A stretch of DNA of 64,000 bases, from positions 3,744,001-3,808,000 of the forward strand of contig CBDCXR010000004.1 of NCBI GenBank assembly GCA_965223845.1, given 5' to 3'. Below the pieces are notes generated by a model that searched no databases, had not been told where the DNA came from, and saw only the letters and a list, made by a program, of their open reading frames with translations. Numbering within the stretch: the first letter of the stretch is position 1; the number at the start of each line of letters is the position of its first letter. A program made the position numbers and the translations under genes. This document shows, in pieces, positions 46,602 through 58,184 of this stretch. Source of the DNA: Planctomycetota bacterium (GTDB lineage: Bacteria; Planctomycetota; UBA8108; SXIK01).

Positions 46602-46768
46602 TCAACAGCCCGTTGAGAAAGTGCTTCGAGTCGACAGCCGGCTCGTGTGCGTTCCGATCGGCCGCGGCAAATGCGGACGATCTTACGGGTTTTCGAGAAT
46701 GGGCGCGGCCGATTGGAGCGTGAACGCGCCGGTCGTTCGGCCGAACGAGTTTTTGGGCGGACGGTTAA
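46602..46768. repeat. About 165-bp imperfect palindrome (MITE/REPIN-like) inside the tro operon
   Basis: Inner arms 46649-46666 / 46704-46721 (15 Watson-Crick + 3 G-T pairs); ends AACAGCCCGTTGAGAAA / TTTTTGGGCGGACGGTT. Confidence 0.6.
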
Positions 46769-47655
46769 CCCGAGCTTCGCGGCGGCCGCGCGCGAAGAAG
46801 AGATTCCGCCGCCTTCGACAGCGCGGTCAATCGGCCGCCGTACGTCATTTGGATGTTCTCTTCGTTGAACGTCGTCGGCACGGGTCCCGCCGCGACGAGT
46901 CGCATGTTGAGAAAGATCACGTCGTCGAAGTACGCCGCGACGGTTTGTAGGTCGTGGTGGACGGCGACGACCGTCCGACCCTCCGCGCGCAGCTTCTTCA
47001 GCAGGCCGAGAACCGCCTCCTCGGTCGCGGCGTCGACGCCCGCGAACGGCTCGTCCATCAGATAGAGCCGCGCGTCCTGCGCAAGCGCGCGAGCGAGGAA
47101 CACGCGCTGCTGCTGGCCGCCGGAGAGCTGGTTGATCTGCCGCCGGGCGAACTCCTCCATGCCGACCTCGGCGAGGCAGCGCATCGCACGGTCACGATGC
47201 CGGCGAGTCGGCCACCGAATCCATCCCAGCTCGCCGTAGAGTCCCATCGTAACGACGTCGAGCGCCGTGGTCGGAAAATCCCAGTCGACGGTCTCTCGCT
47301 GCGGCACGTACGCGACCCACGATCGCCGCTCGGCGTACGGCGCGCCGAACACCTTGACCCAACCGGTCAGCGGACGCACGAGTCCGAGGATTCCCTTGAG
47401 CAGCGTACTCTTTCCTGCTCCGTTCGGTCCGACGATGGCGATGAGCCGCCCGGGAGGAAAGGTGACGTCGACGTCCCAGAGGACGGGGTGCACGCCGTAC
47501 GCGACGGTCATGTCGTGCACTTCCACCGCTGCCGGTGCGTTCTCGTCGGAGGACGAGGACGCCGCTGCGGTCGGCGCCTCATCGGCGCTAGGCTCCGCGC
47601 GCACCAAGCGAGCTTCTGCGTTGGGGCGATTCTCCTCGCGCTCCGCGCCGCTCAT
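46765..47655 (-). CDS. Mn/Zn/Fe ABC transporter ATP-binding protein (TroB)
   Basis: GPNGAGKST, YVPQR..VDWDFP, LSGGQQQR, MDEPFAGVD, VHHDL. ATG at 47655 overlaps the troA stop. Confidence 0.95.
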   Translation of the reverse strand: MSGAEREENRPNAEARLVRAEPSADEAPTAAASSSSDENAPAAVEVHDMTVAYGVHPVLWDVDVTFPPGRLIAIVGPNGAGKSTLLKGILGLVRPLTGWVKVFGAPYAERRSWVAYVPQRETVDWDFPTTALDVVTMGLYGELGWIRWPTRRHRDRAMRCLAEVGMEEFARRQINQLSGGQQQRVFLARALAQDARLYLMDEPFAGVDAATEEAVLGLLKKLRAEGRTVVAVHHDLQTVAAYFDDVIFLNMRLVAAGPVPTTFNEENIQMTYGGRLTALSKAAESLLRARPPRSSG

Positions 47656-48608
47656 CGCAGCGACTCCACGAGCGTCGTCACGTTGTGGCGAACCATCGTC
47701 GCGTAGGTGTCGGCGCCGCTCTCGGCCGGCCCCAAGGAGTCCGAGTAGAGCTCGCCCCCGACGGCGACCTCGTGGCCGCGGTCGCGGCACGCGGCCTGTA
47801 CGGCCTCGATGCTCTTTCGCGGCACGCTGCTTTCGACGAAGATCGCTTTCAATTGTCGATCGATGATCACCTCGGTGACGCGCGCGATGTCGCGTAGACC
47901 GGCCTCCGCCGCCGTGTTGATGCCCTGGAGTCCGACGACCTCGACGCCGTAACGGTCTCCGAAGTAGCCGAATGCGTCGTGCGCCGTGACGAGAACGCGC
48001 GAGGATTCGGGGATCTTCCCGATTTCCTCCTTCACCCACGCGTCGAGAGCCAGCAACTCGGCCGCGACCGCGCGGTAGCGCTCGTCGATCGCTTCCGCGT
48101 CCTCCGGCGACAGGGCTTTCAACTCCGTAGCGACCGCACCGCAGACGATCGTCCACAGGGAGACGTCGAACCACACGTGCGGATCGACCGCCCCGTCCTC
48201 TCGGCGGACGCGATCCTCCGGCAGCGTCTCGGCAACCGCGACGACACGCCGGCCGGCGCCGGCGATGCGCTCGAGCACCGAGCCCATCTTCCCCTCGAGA
48301 TGGAAGCCGTTGTAGAGAACGAGATCCGCGGCGCCGAGCCGGCGCACGTCGCTCTCCGTCGGATTGTAGAGGTGAGGATCGATCCCCGGGCGCATCAAGC
48401 CGACCACCTCGACCCCGTCCGGTGCGAGACGCTCGGCGATCTCTGCGATCATTCCCGTCGTCGCGACGACAACCGGACCGATGCGTTCCGCCCCGGGGGA
48501 GCAAGCGACGCCCGCCGCGAGCGCGAGACCGGCGAGCGCGCCCCGCCACCAGCGCCCGCGCGCACGTTCCGTGGATGCACCGAGCCGTCGAGTTCGCGCG
48601 TCGATCAT
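47652..48608 (-). CDS. Mn/Zn/Fe ABC substrate-binding lipoprotein (TroA)
   Basis: GVAC lipobox; GIDPHLY, NGFHLEG, DPHVWFD, TAHDAFGYF, FVESS, LYSDSLG. Confidence 0.95.
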   Translation of the reverse strand: MIDARTRRLGASTERARGRWWRGALAGLALAAGVACSPGAERIGPVVVATTGMIAEIAERLAPDGVEVVGLMRPGIDPHLYNPTESDVRRLGAADLVLYNGFHLEGKMGSVLERIAGAGRRVVAVAETLPEDRVRREDGAVDPHVWFDVSLWTIVCGAVATELKALSPEDAEAIDERYRAVAAELLALDAWVKEEIGKIPESSRVLVTAHDAFGYFGDRYGVEVVGLQGINTAAEAGLRDIARVTEVIIDRQLKAIFVESSVPRKSIEAVQAACRDRGHEVAVGGELYSDSLGPAESGADTYATMVRHNVTTLVESLR

Positions 48609-48724
48609 AGAGAAGACTCTAACCGAGACGCGAGCTCGAGAACATGCCGCGCCTTCGGCTCGACGTTAACGCAGCGCCCGATGGCCCCGAACCGAGAACG
48701 TGGTCCCAAACCTCTCGGCGATCC

Positions 48725-50017
48725 TCACGGAGTCTCGTTCGTGCTCGGCTCCGTTGGCGGGGACGAGCCACCGTCCGCGGGAGCATCGGGAGCCGACTCG
48801 GCCGCCGCCGATTCCTTCGTCTTTCGGGGGAACCGGCCGTTCTGCAGGAAATGAAGCGTGCGGCGGATCACCTCCGGCTCCGACGCCATGAATGTGTGGC
48901 CCACCGGAAGGACGCAAAAGTCGCGCGCACCGGGAAGCCGCGTGTTGTCGACGCGGACGACTCCGTCGTTGTCGCCGAGAAGAAACGGGTTGTAGCCTCG
49001 GCCCCCGGTTCCCCCCGCGATGATCCCGAATTCGCAGTCGGGAACGGGACGTGCGTCGACTTCATCCGGGGTCAGCTCCGGTCCCGACGGGCCCGCGAGC
49101 GCCCGAAAGATCGGGAACGACTCGAGCCGATTCGCGATGACGCTCCCCTGGTTGGGCGGCCCGAGCATCACGAGACGATGAGTCTGGATTCGCTGCCGCC
49201 AAGCCGCTGGCCGCGCGAGCAGCTCACGAACGACGATGCCGCCGAGACTGTGCGTGACGAAGGAGACTTCCCGAATCTCGGACGCGGCGTCGAGCACTCT
49301 CTCGATCCCGTCGGCGTGGTCGTCGATCGAGCGCCGCGTGCTCGGGTATCCGACCGCAGCAGTTTCGTAACCGGCGGCGGCGAGTGCTTCCTCAAACTGC
49401 CGGAACATTCCCCTCGTTCTCCCGAGGCCGTGAACGAGGACGACGAGATGGTCGCTCCGAGGACAGAGATCGCGTTCGCGCGCCTCGCGTTCGAAGCTCG
49501 TTCGGCACGCAGCGAACGAGCCCCACGCGCGCCGCACGTTGCCCGCGTCGAGAAGACGAAAGTGACCGAAGTGAACGTGCTCCTGAATGCGCCAGCCGCG
49601 ACGCACAAAGCGATCCGCCCAGAGCTGAGCTCCCCCGAGTGTGCGGATCGGAAGATTCGGTCTCCCGACTCCGTGACGGCGCACGAGCTCACGGCTTCGG
49701 GCGGCGGCACACTCGTCCCAGCTGCCCGCGGCGACGACTCGGGCACCGCGGATGTCGACGACGCGGTACCTCTCCTCGTCCGGAACACGCTCGATGCGAA
49801 GATCGAGTACGAGGCGATCAGCGCAGCGATCCGAGTTCGCGCGGTTCGCCGGGCGGGGCGGGGCTTTCGGCTTCGTTTCCTGAGCTCCTGCCCCGGCGCA
49901 AGCGAGCAGAACCGAGACGAACGCCGCCGCGATGCGAGCCGCTCCCCCCAACCGAAAGACAAACGCTCCGCGTGGCGGCTTCGAGTCGCCCCGCGACTCG
50001 GGTGGATCGTTCGGCAT
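48725..50017 (-). CDS. Exported alpha/beta hydrolase (lipase/PGAP1-like)
   Basis: LVHGLGR, YPST, VTHSLGG nucleophile elbow, LGPPNQGS, DNDGVV, GHTF; GAGG SD before ATG 50017. Confidence 0.88.
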   Translation of the reverse strand: MPNDPPESRGDSKPPRGAFVFRLGGAARIAAAFVSVLLACAGAGAQETKPKAPPRPANRANSDRCADRLVLDLRIERVPDEERYRVVDIRGARVVAAGSWDECAAARSRELVRRHGVGRPNLPIRTLGGAQLWADRFVRRGWRIQEHVHFGHFRLLDAGNVRRAWGSFAACRTSFEREARERDLCPRSDHLVVLVHGLGRTRGMFRQFEEALAAAGYETAAVGYPSTRRSIDDHADGIERVLDAASEIREVSFVTHSLGGIVVRELLARPAAWRQRIQTHRLVMLGPPNQGSVIANRLESFPIFRALAGPSGPELTPDEVDARPVPDCEFGIIAGGTGGRGYNPFLLGDNDGVVRVDNTRLPGARDFCVLPVGHTFMASEPEVIRRTLHFLQNGRFPRKTKESAAAESAPDAPADGGSSPPTEPSTNETP

Positions 50018-50315
50018 CGAGTCTTCCTCTCTGCGGCACGGACCGCTTCGAGCCAAAGTCCCGCGCCCGCCGTTCTCGTCTGAAGATGATTGTGGCGTGC
50101 TCGAGCGGGATCTCAAGCGTTCACCTCGAGGAACGTCGACCCAAGTCCGGCGAGCGCCGCCGCGCGGAGAAGTCCGTTCCCTCGATGCCTCGATGTTCTC
50201 GCTTTGAGATCCCCGAGGAACCCAGTACATCTGGGAACTTCCGAAGGAAACGCCGGCGCGTCTTCTTCGCTCCGGTGTCCGCAGCCCGCTCCCGAGAGTA
50301 CATCCGAGGAATGAG

Positions 50316-51791
50316 ATGAGACCAATCGCCAAGATCTCCCTGCTGCTCCTAGCGCTTGCGTGTACCCCTCAGGCGATGTCCGCGCCGAAGAAGATTCTTC
50401 TCGTCGGCACGCATCCGAGTCACGGGTACAACCAGCACGAATACCTCCACGGGAATCGCATTCTCGCGCACTGCCTGCGGCAGAACGGCGTCGACGCCGT
50501 GTCCTACAACGGCTTTCCTCCGGCGGAGGAGATCAATGAGGCGGCGCACTTCCACCTCTTCTGCTCCTGGGGCGGCGACTTCGTGCTAAAGGATGCGGAC
50601 CGCCGGGCAATCTTCCTCGCAAACATTCGCCGCGGCATGGGCTTCTCGACGCTTCACTTTGCGTGCGATATCACCCCCGACCTCGAAGACAAGGGACTCG
50701 GCGACGTCTACATGGAGGCGCTCGGGGCGTTTTACGACACCGGGTTCTCGCGCAACCCGCACAATACGGTCACTCTTCGTCCGGCGAACGTCGGGCATCC
50801 GATTCTGAGCGGCGTGAGCGAGCTGACGCAGCACGACGAGATCTACTTCAACCTGCGGTTCATGCCGTACACGCGTCCGGTCCTCGTCGGACGAATCAAG
50901 GATCGCGACGGCGACTTCGATCGCTGGGTCTCGTGGTGTTACGAACGTCCCGACGGCGGGCGCTCGTTCGGCTACACGGGAGCGCACTTCCACAAGACCT
51001 TCGAAGCGGAGAGTTTCCGGCGCCACCTCGTAAACGGGATTCTCTGGTCGGCGAAAGTCGAGCTTCCCGAAGGAGGGGCGAAGGTCGACTTCGATCCCGC
51101 GTGGCTCGTTCCGCCGCGCCGGAAGGCACCGGCTGGTCGCCCCCCCGCGGGAAAGCTCCTTCCGCTGGACCGGGCGGGAGGCGACGCGGAGTGGGTGAAC
51201 ATCCTCACGGCCGAATCCTTTCCGCGGTGGACGCAGAAAGGTAAGGCGAACTGGAAGCTCGAAGACGGAGTGCTCACCGGAACGGGGCCGGTCGGTCACG
51301 TCTTCAGCCCGCGCGGCGACTACGCCAACTTCGAGTACGAGGCCGAGGTGAAGATCAGCAACGATTCGAACAGCGGCATGTACTTTCGTGCGGAGCTCGG
51401 CGACTCGTGGCCGAATGGCTACGAAGCGCAGGTGAACGCCTCGCACGGCGATCCCGTACGCTCCGGCAGCCTCTATCACTTCGAGAAGGTGTTCGAGAAA
51501 TATACGAAAAACGACGAGTGGTTCACGCAGCGCATCGTCGCCGCCGGAAACCGGATCACCATTTCGATCAACGGTGCTCCCGTCGTCGACGTCGATATGG
51601 ACGAGAAGCTCGCCCGAGTTCAGACTCAGCTCGCCGCGGAGACGGACGCGAGAAAGAAGCGTCAGCTCGGCCGGCTCGCACAGCAGATCGACAGCTTTCG
51701 CAAGCTCGAACGAGGCCACTTCGCGTTCCAGCAGCATCACGACGGTAGCGTGGTTCAGTACCGGAACGTCCGCGTGCGCGAATTGCCCTAG
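50316..51791 (+). CDS. Exported ThuA-like plus DUF1080 (3-keto-disaccharide hydrolase) protein
   Basis: SHG..HEY, HPI..GV, DEIY, WCYERPDGGRSFGYTGAHFH, NGILW; NSGMYFR, GYEAQV, GSLY, GHFAFQQH, YRNVRVREL. Confidence 0.88.
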   Translation: MRPIAKISLLLLALACTPQAMSAPKKILLVGTHPSHGYNQHEYLHGNRILAHCLRQNGVDAVSYNGFPPAEEINEAAHFHLFCSWGGDFVLKDADRRAIFLANIRRGMGFSTLHFACDITPDLEDKGLGDVYMEALGAFYDTGFSRNPHNTVTLRPANVGHPILSGVSELTQHDEIYFNLRFMPYTRPVLVGRIKDRDGDFDRWVSWCYERPDGGRSFGYTGAHFHKTFEAESFRRHLVNGILWSAKVELPEGGAKVDFDPAWLVPPRRKAPAGRPPAGKLLPLDRAGGDAEWVNILTAESFPRWTQKGKANWKLEDGVLTGTGPVGHVFSPRGDYANFEYEAEVKISNDSNSGMYFRAELGDSWPNGYEAQVNASHGDPVRSGSLYHFEKVFEKYTKNDEWFTQRIVAAGNRITISINGAPVVDVDMDEKLARVQTQLAAETDARKKRQLGRLAQQIDSFRKLERGHFAFQQHHDGSVVQYRNVRVRELP

Positions 51792-51841
51792 TCCTGCACG
51801 GGAAAACGAGGCGACGGCTCTCAAGCTCGAGTGCGTCGCCC

Positions 51842-52591
51842 CTAGTCTCGCCGCCGCAGATTCGAACGAACGAACTCGCGATTGAGTCGCGCGATGTTTT
51901 CGACGCGGATCGACTTCGGGCACGCGGCCTCGCACTCGCTCTCGTTCGTGCAGTTGCCGAAGCCTTCATCGTCCATCGCTTCGATCATCGCGCGTGCACG
52001 GCGAGCTCGCTCCGGCTGTCCCTGCGGGAGAAGCGCGAGCTGCGAGACCTTCGCGGAAACGAACAGCATCGCAGAGGCGTTCTTGCACGAGGCCACGCAG
52101 GCGCCGCAACCGATGCACGCCGCTGCGTCCATCGCGAGGTCGGCGTTTTCCTTCGGAATCGCGATCGCGTTCGCGTCGGGAGCCGCCCCCGTCCGCACCG
52201 ACACGTAGCCACCGGCGCGGATGATTCGGTCGAAGCTCGAACGGTCGACAACGAGATCCTTCACCACCGGGAACGCGCCCGCGCGCCACGGCTCGATCTC
52301 GATCGTGTCGCCGCTCCGAAAGTGCCGCATGTGGAGCTGACAGACCGTCGTCCCGCGCTCGGGTCCGTGGGCGCGCCCGTCGATGACGAGGCTGCACATT
52401 CCACAGATTCCTTCGCGGCAATCGTGGTCGAATGCGACCGGATCCTCGCCGCGACGCTCGAGATCTTCGTTGAGGACGTCCAGCATTTCGAGGAACGACG
52501 CCTCTTCCGAGATCCCGCTCACCTCGTACGTGACCATACGACCGGGATCTTGCGCGTTCTTCTGCCGCCAGATCTTGAGCGTCAACTCCAT
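51842..52591 (-). CDS. sdhB: Succinate dehydrogenase/fumarate reductase iron-sulfur subunit
   Basis: [47 protein letters not shown]. Confidence 0.96.
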   Translation of the reverse strand: MELTLKIWRQKNAQDPGRMVTYEVSGISEEASFLEMLDVLNEDLERRGEDPVAFDHDCREGICGMCSLVIDGRAHGPERGTTVCQLHMRHFRSGDTIEIEPWRAGAFPVVKDLVVDRSSFDRIIRAGGYVSVRTGAAPDANAIAIPKENADLAMDAAACIGCGACVASCKNASAMLFVSAKVSQLALLPQGQPERARRARAMIEAMDDEGFGNCTNESECEAACPKSIRVENIARLNREFVRSNLRRRD

Positions 52592-52602
52592 CGCGCCGCT
52601 CG

Positions 52603-54512
<1,910 letters not shown>

Positions 54513-54516
<4 letters not shown>

Positions 54517-55166
54517 TGCGCGCCCTCCGCGAAGAAGTACGCGTAGAGAGGAAGAGACGCGTACCCGACCGCCACGAAGATCGCGAACAGACGACCCGCG
54601 ATGCGGACGAGCGCAACGCACTTCGGCTGCGACAGGCCGAGACTTCGAAACGCGCTTTGAAACCCGTGGCTCACGTGGAGCGCGACGACGCAGGATGCGA
54701 AGACGTACCAAATCACGTAGTAGGACCCGTGGAACTTGTCGATCACGAGATCGTACAGCGACGCGCCTTCTGCCTTCGCGAACCGGAAGTCCTTGAGGTG
54801 GAGAACGAGGAAAACGAGGACGATGATCCCCGAATAGATCATGGTCGAGCTCGCGATCGTTCGCTCTCCGGCCGAGGCCCGAGCGACGTAGCGTACGGGG
54901 CGCGCACGACGGTTTTCGATCGTCACCCACACGGCGAAGACGATGTGGACGAGAAAGAGCGCGGCGAGGATCGCTTCCGCCGGGTAGTAGAAGAGGAGGT
55001 TCGACGTCATCGCCTCGGCGTAGGCGTCGAAGGCGTCCTTCCCGAAGAAGAGAAGAAAGTTCCCGAGGAGATGGAGAACCAAGAAGCCGCACAAGAGAAG
55101 GCCGCTCACCGCGACGCACTGCTTCTTGCCGATGGACGAACAGAGCGTCCGAAACATCCAGGTCAT
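54513..55166 (-). CDS. sdhC: Succinate dehydrogenase cytochrome b558 subunit
   Basis: SSIGKK, five TM helices with His ligands (HLLGN, VHI, LHL, HVSHG), QSAFRSLG. Confidence 0.94.
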
Positions 55167-55372
55167 GAAGGTGATCGAACCTCTCTCATCGTCACCGATT
55201 CGGGGTAGACGCCGAACAAGAGCGTTGCTGCCGAAGCGCGCGTGGGGAGCGGCATACGGGCGAACGCCGCGGGAAGAACCCAGATACTGTAGTCTTCGCA
55301 TCCGCGCCATCAAGCCCCAACGTCGAGGCGATCGATCGCCGCCGCAAGCGCGGGCATTCGCCCGGTTGGAGG

Positions 55373-56287
55373 TCAGTTTTCAAGGATACTCTCGGCGGCG
55401 ACGCTCTCGCGCGACGTGGGAGGCGTCGCGCCGGCTCGAGCGGCCACGTAGGCGCCGCAGCGACAGCTCCATTCGAGCCACTCGGCGGGAGGGACGCCCC
55501 GGAAGTACGCGTCGAGGAACCCAGCGAGAAACGCGTCGCCGGCGCCGACCGTATCTCCGACTCGAACGCGAAACCCCGGGTGCGCGAAAAATGACCCGGC
55601 ATTGAGAAGGACGGCCCCGTGCGCTCCCCGAGTCACGCAGAGCGCAGCGAGCTCGAGCTGATCGGCGAGGCGCGCAAGAGCCGACCGAGCGGCGTCCGGA
55701 TCCGCGAGATCCTTCGGCCCGGCCTCGCCGGTCGTCCATTCGTACACCCGCGCAAACTCGTCGTCGTTCATCTTCACGAAATCCGCGACGGCTAGCGAGT
55801 CCTTCACGATCGCCGCATCGTCGTACGGGGGGCGGAGATTGACGTCGAAACATCGGATCGCATCGCGCGCCCAAAGCTCCCGCACCGCGAGCCGCGAGCG
55901 CTCGGATCTCTGGGCGAGCGAACCGTAGAGAACGAGATCCGCGGCGGGGAGGTCGGGGACGGCCATCCGATCCCACGCCGCGGGCGCCAAGATGTCGTAG
56001 GCGGGGATGCCGTCCTCGTCCGTCCGGACGAGGACGCGCCCGGTCGGCAGCTCGGGGTGAACCGCGATCCCCGCGGTCGACATGCCGAACGCTTCCATGC
56101 GGGAGCGCAGCTCCTCGCCGAGCACGTCGTCGCCGACCGACGAGACGAGCGTCGCTCCGTGCCCGAGTGCGGTCAGGTGGTAACAGACGTTGAAGACCGC
56201 TCCTCCGGGGAAGAGGCCGGCCGGCAGCGAGTCCCAGAGAACCTCGCCGATCGCGACGATCTCCCCCCGACGCGGTGTCCCGCTCAA
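55373..56287 (-). CDS. PfkB carbohydrate kinase (fructokinase-like)
   Basis: GEVLWD, PGGA..NV, GSLAQR, FDVNLR, VKMNDDE, DTVGAGDAF. Confidence 0.93.
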   Translation of the reverse strand: MSGTPRRGEIVAIGEVLWDSLPAGLFPGGAVFNVCYHLTALGHGATLVSSVGDDVLGEELRSRMEAFGMSTAGIAVHPELPTGRVLVRTDEDGIPAYDILAPAAWDRMAVPDLPAADLVLYGSLAQRSERSRLAVRELWARDAIRCFDVNLRPPYDDAAIVKDSLAVADFVKMNDDEFARVYEWTTGEAGPKDLADPDAARSALARLADQLELAALCVTRGAHGAVLLNAGSFFAHPGFRVRVGDTVGAGDAFLAGFLDAYFRGVPPAEWLEWSCRCGAYVAARAGATPPTSRESVAAESILEN

Positions 56288-57639
56288 CGCTGCCCTCCGT
56301 CCGTGCCCGATTCGCGCTCGGAGCGGGACGGCTTGGCCTCACCCCGCTTCGTCCGCAGATCGAACGCGATCAGCTTCCGCTCGTCGCGGACGTAGAGGCG
56401 ACCGCCGGAAAACGTGGGGACCGCCCACGCCGGCCAATCGAGGACGTCCGGAACCTCCGCGACGATCTTGTGTCCCTCGGGAGTCAAGCGAAGGAGATAG
56501 AGCTGACCGCGCTCGCCGAGAGCGATGAAATGGCCGTCGCCGTAGATGAACGTTCCCCGGCCGAGCGGGCTCCGCCACCGCCACTTCACGCGGCCCGTCG
56601 CGAGCTCGACGCAGTGGAGCTGAGCTTGACCTTCGTGCCGCCCGGCGAATCCGTACACGTGATCGTCCACGCAAACGATCGTCGACCAGTGGCTGTCGAG
56701 GATCTTCTCGCGCGAGAGGAGGTCGTCTTTCCACAAGACGTCGTAGTCGTCTGCTCGAAGCCGAAGCGCGACCGCGCCGGTACCGTAGGTCGCCGAGAAC
56801 AGCAGCTTGTCGCCGACGACGAGCGGCGTCGAAGCATTGACGGATTCGTGCTTCCTCGAACGCCAGGGAAAGTCCCATTTTCGTCGCCCAGCGACCGGGT
56901 CGAAGCACGCCATTCCCCCGCGGTGAAAGACGAAGAGTCGATCGACGCCAGCGACGGGGACCACGCGCGCGGCGGCGTAGCTTCCGCCTGCGGTCTTCTC
57001 CTTCCACACCGTCTCCCCCGTCCGCGCCTCCAGCGCGAGAGTGAGACCCGAGACTCCCATCGTCCCGCCCAAGTTGACGTAAAGGCGCCCACCGTGAAGC
57101 GCCGGGGCGGCGCCGACGCCGAAAAAATTTTGCGTCAGCGAGTACTCGCCGAGGAGATCGCGCCTCCACGCTTTTCGCCCGCTCTCGAGCTCGATCGCGT
57201 GGAGGATTCCGTTCGGGCCCAGTGTGTAAACGAGCTTCTTCTCCGCTGTGACGTCGACCTGGGGGCAGCAACGCGGCCCCCCGCTATACCCCCACGCGTC
57301 GACGTAGTCGGTGTCGTAGCTAAACCTCCAGCGACGATCGCCGGTCTCCGGGTCGAGGTCGTCCACGTGCATCTGACCGCGGACGCGATGGAAGAAGATC
57401 AGATGCTCGCCGACGACGATCACCGAGCTGTATCCCTCGCCGCCAGGGATGCGGAAGAGCTCGGGCGGACCGGTCTCGGGCCAGTCCTTCAGCCAGCCCG
57501 TCTCATCGAACGTAGCATCTTGCCGAGGGCCGAGCCAAAGGGCCCAATCGGTCGCGCTCACGCGCGAAGGGAGCGCGGTTCCGACGATCGCCGCCAGCAC
57601 TGCGAGCCAACGCCCGTCCCATCGAAGGTTTCGACGCAT
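56284..57639 (-). CDS. Exported PQQ-binding-like (BamB-type) beta-propeller protein
   Basis: DW..LGP, GEGYSS, repeated G..W motifs, GPRCCP, FFGVGAAP, WAVP..GRLYVRD. Confidence 0.88.
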   Translation of the reverse strand: MRRNLRWDGRWLAVLAAIVGTALPSRVSATDWALWLGPRQDATFDETGWLKDWPETGPPELFRIPGGEGYSSVIVVGEHLIFFHRVRGQMHVDDLDPETGDRRWRFSYDTDYVDAWGYSGGPRCCPQVDVTAEKKLVYTLGPNGILHAIELESGRKAWRRDLLGEYSLTQNFFGVGAAPALHGGRLYVNLGGTMGVSGLTLALEARTGETVWKEKTAGGSYAAARVVPVAGVDRLFVFHRGGMACFDPVAGRRKWDFPWRSRKHESVNASTPLVVGDKLLFSATYGTGAVALRLRADDYDVLWKDDLLSREKILDSHWSTIVCVDDHVYGFAGRHEGQAQLHCVELATGRVKWRWRSPLGRGTFIYGDGHFIALGERGQLYLLRLTPEGHKIVAEVPDVLDWPAWAVPTFSGGRLYVRDERKLIAFDLRTKRGEAKPSRSERESGTDGGQR

Positions 57640-57849
57640 CGATCTCTGCCTTTCCCCCGAGCGCGATCCACCACCGGCGACGAGACGCGCTCGCAGCGAG
57701 GTCATCGCGCGCGCACCTCGCCCGCGATCACGCGACGGCGTATTCTCCGCGGATGGCACGCGCCCCGCAACTTTCGTGCGGGTGTGCCCTCGTCCGCGGG
57801 ACTCGCAGCTCCGGCTGAACGACGTCGCGCCCGGGAGGGCAAAAGGGAA

Positions 57850-58014
57850 TCGGAAGGGGTCGACCTGGTCGCGTCGAGCGCGACTTCACTCTCGGGGTGC
57901 ACACTTGGAACACCCCCACGTCCGCGGTCCAAACGGTCCCCGGAGGCCGGTGACCACGAGAGCGCGCGGGCAGTCCGAGGTTCTTCTGTCCGCGTCTCGT
58001 CAAACCCCTTCCGA
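57850..58014. ncRNA. Candidate structured RNA or palindromic element (rod with internal bubble)
   Basis: Perfect 11-bp closing inverted repeat TCGGAAGGGGT / ACCCCTTCCGA; inner CTCTCG.GGT.CAC / GTG.ACC.CGAGAG and TTGGA / TCCAA. Confidence 0.35.
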
Positions 58015-58184
58015 ACCGATGAGCCTGTCTAGACTCGCGCTCTACCATGCCTCAGAACAGTGCAAATGGCACGCGAAAAAAACCACCGAGGGGAAGACTT
58101 TCCGCCGAGCCTCACGGGCCCCGAACATCGCGGCTGAACCGCCCGCGAACTCGGAGAGCGGAGCGAGAAACACGGCGACTCGAC

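Noticed and set aside
57760-57860. GCCCCGCAACT and AAAAGGGAAT resemble cobalamin riboswitch motifs
   Set aside because: The motifs are in the wrong order, there is no B12 box, and no B12-related gene lies downstream on that strand.
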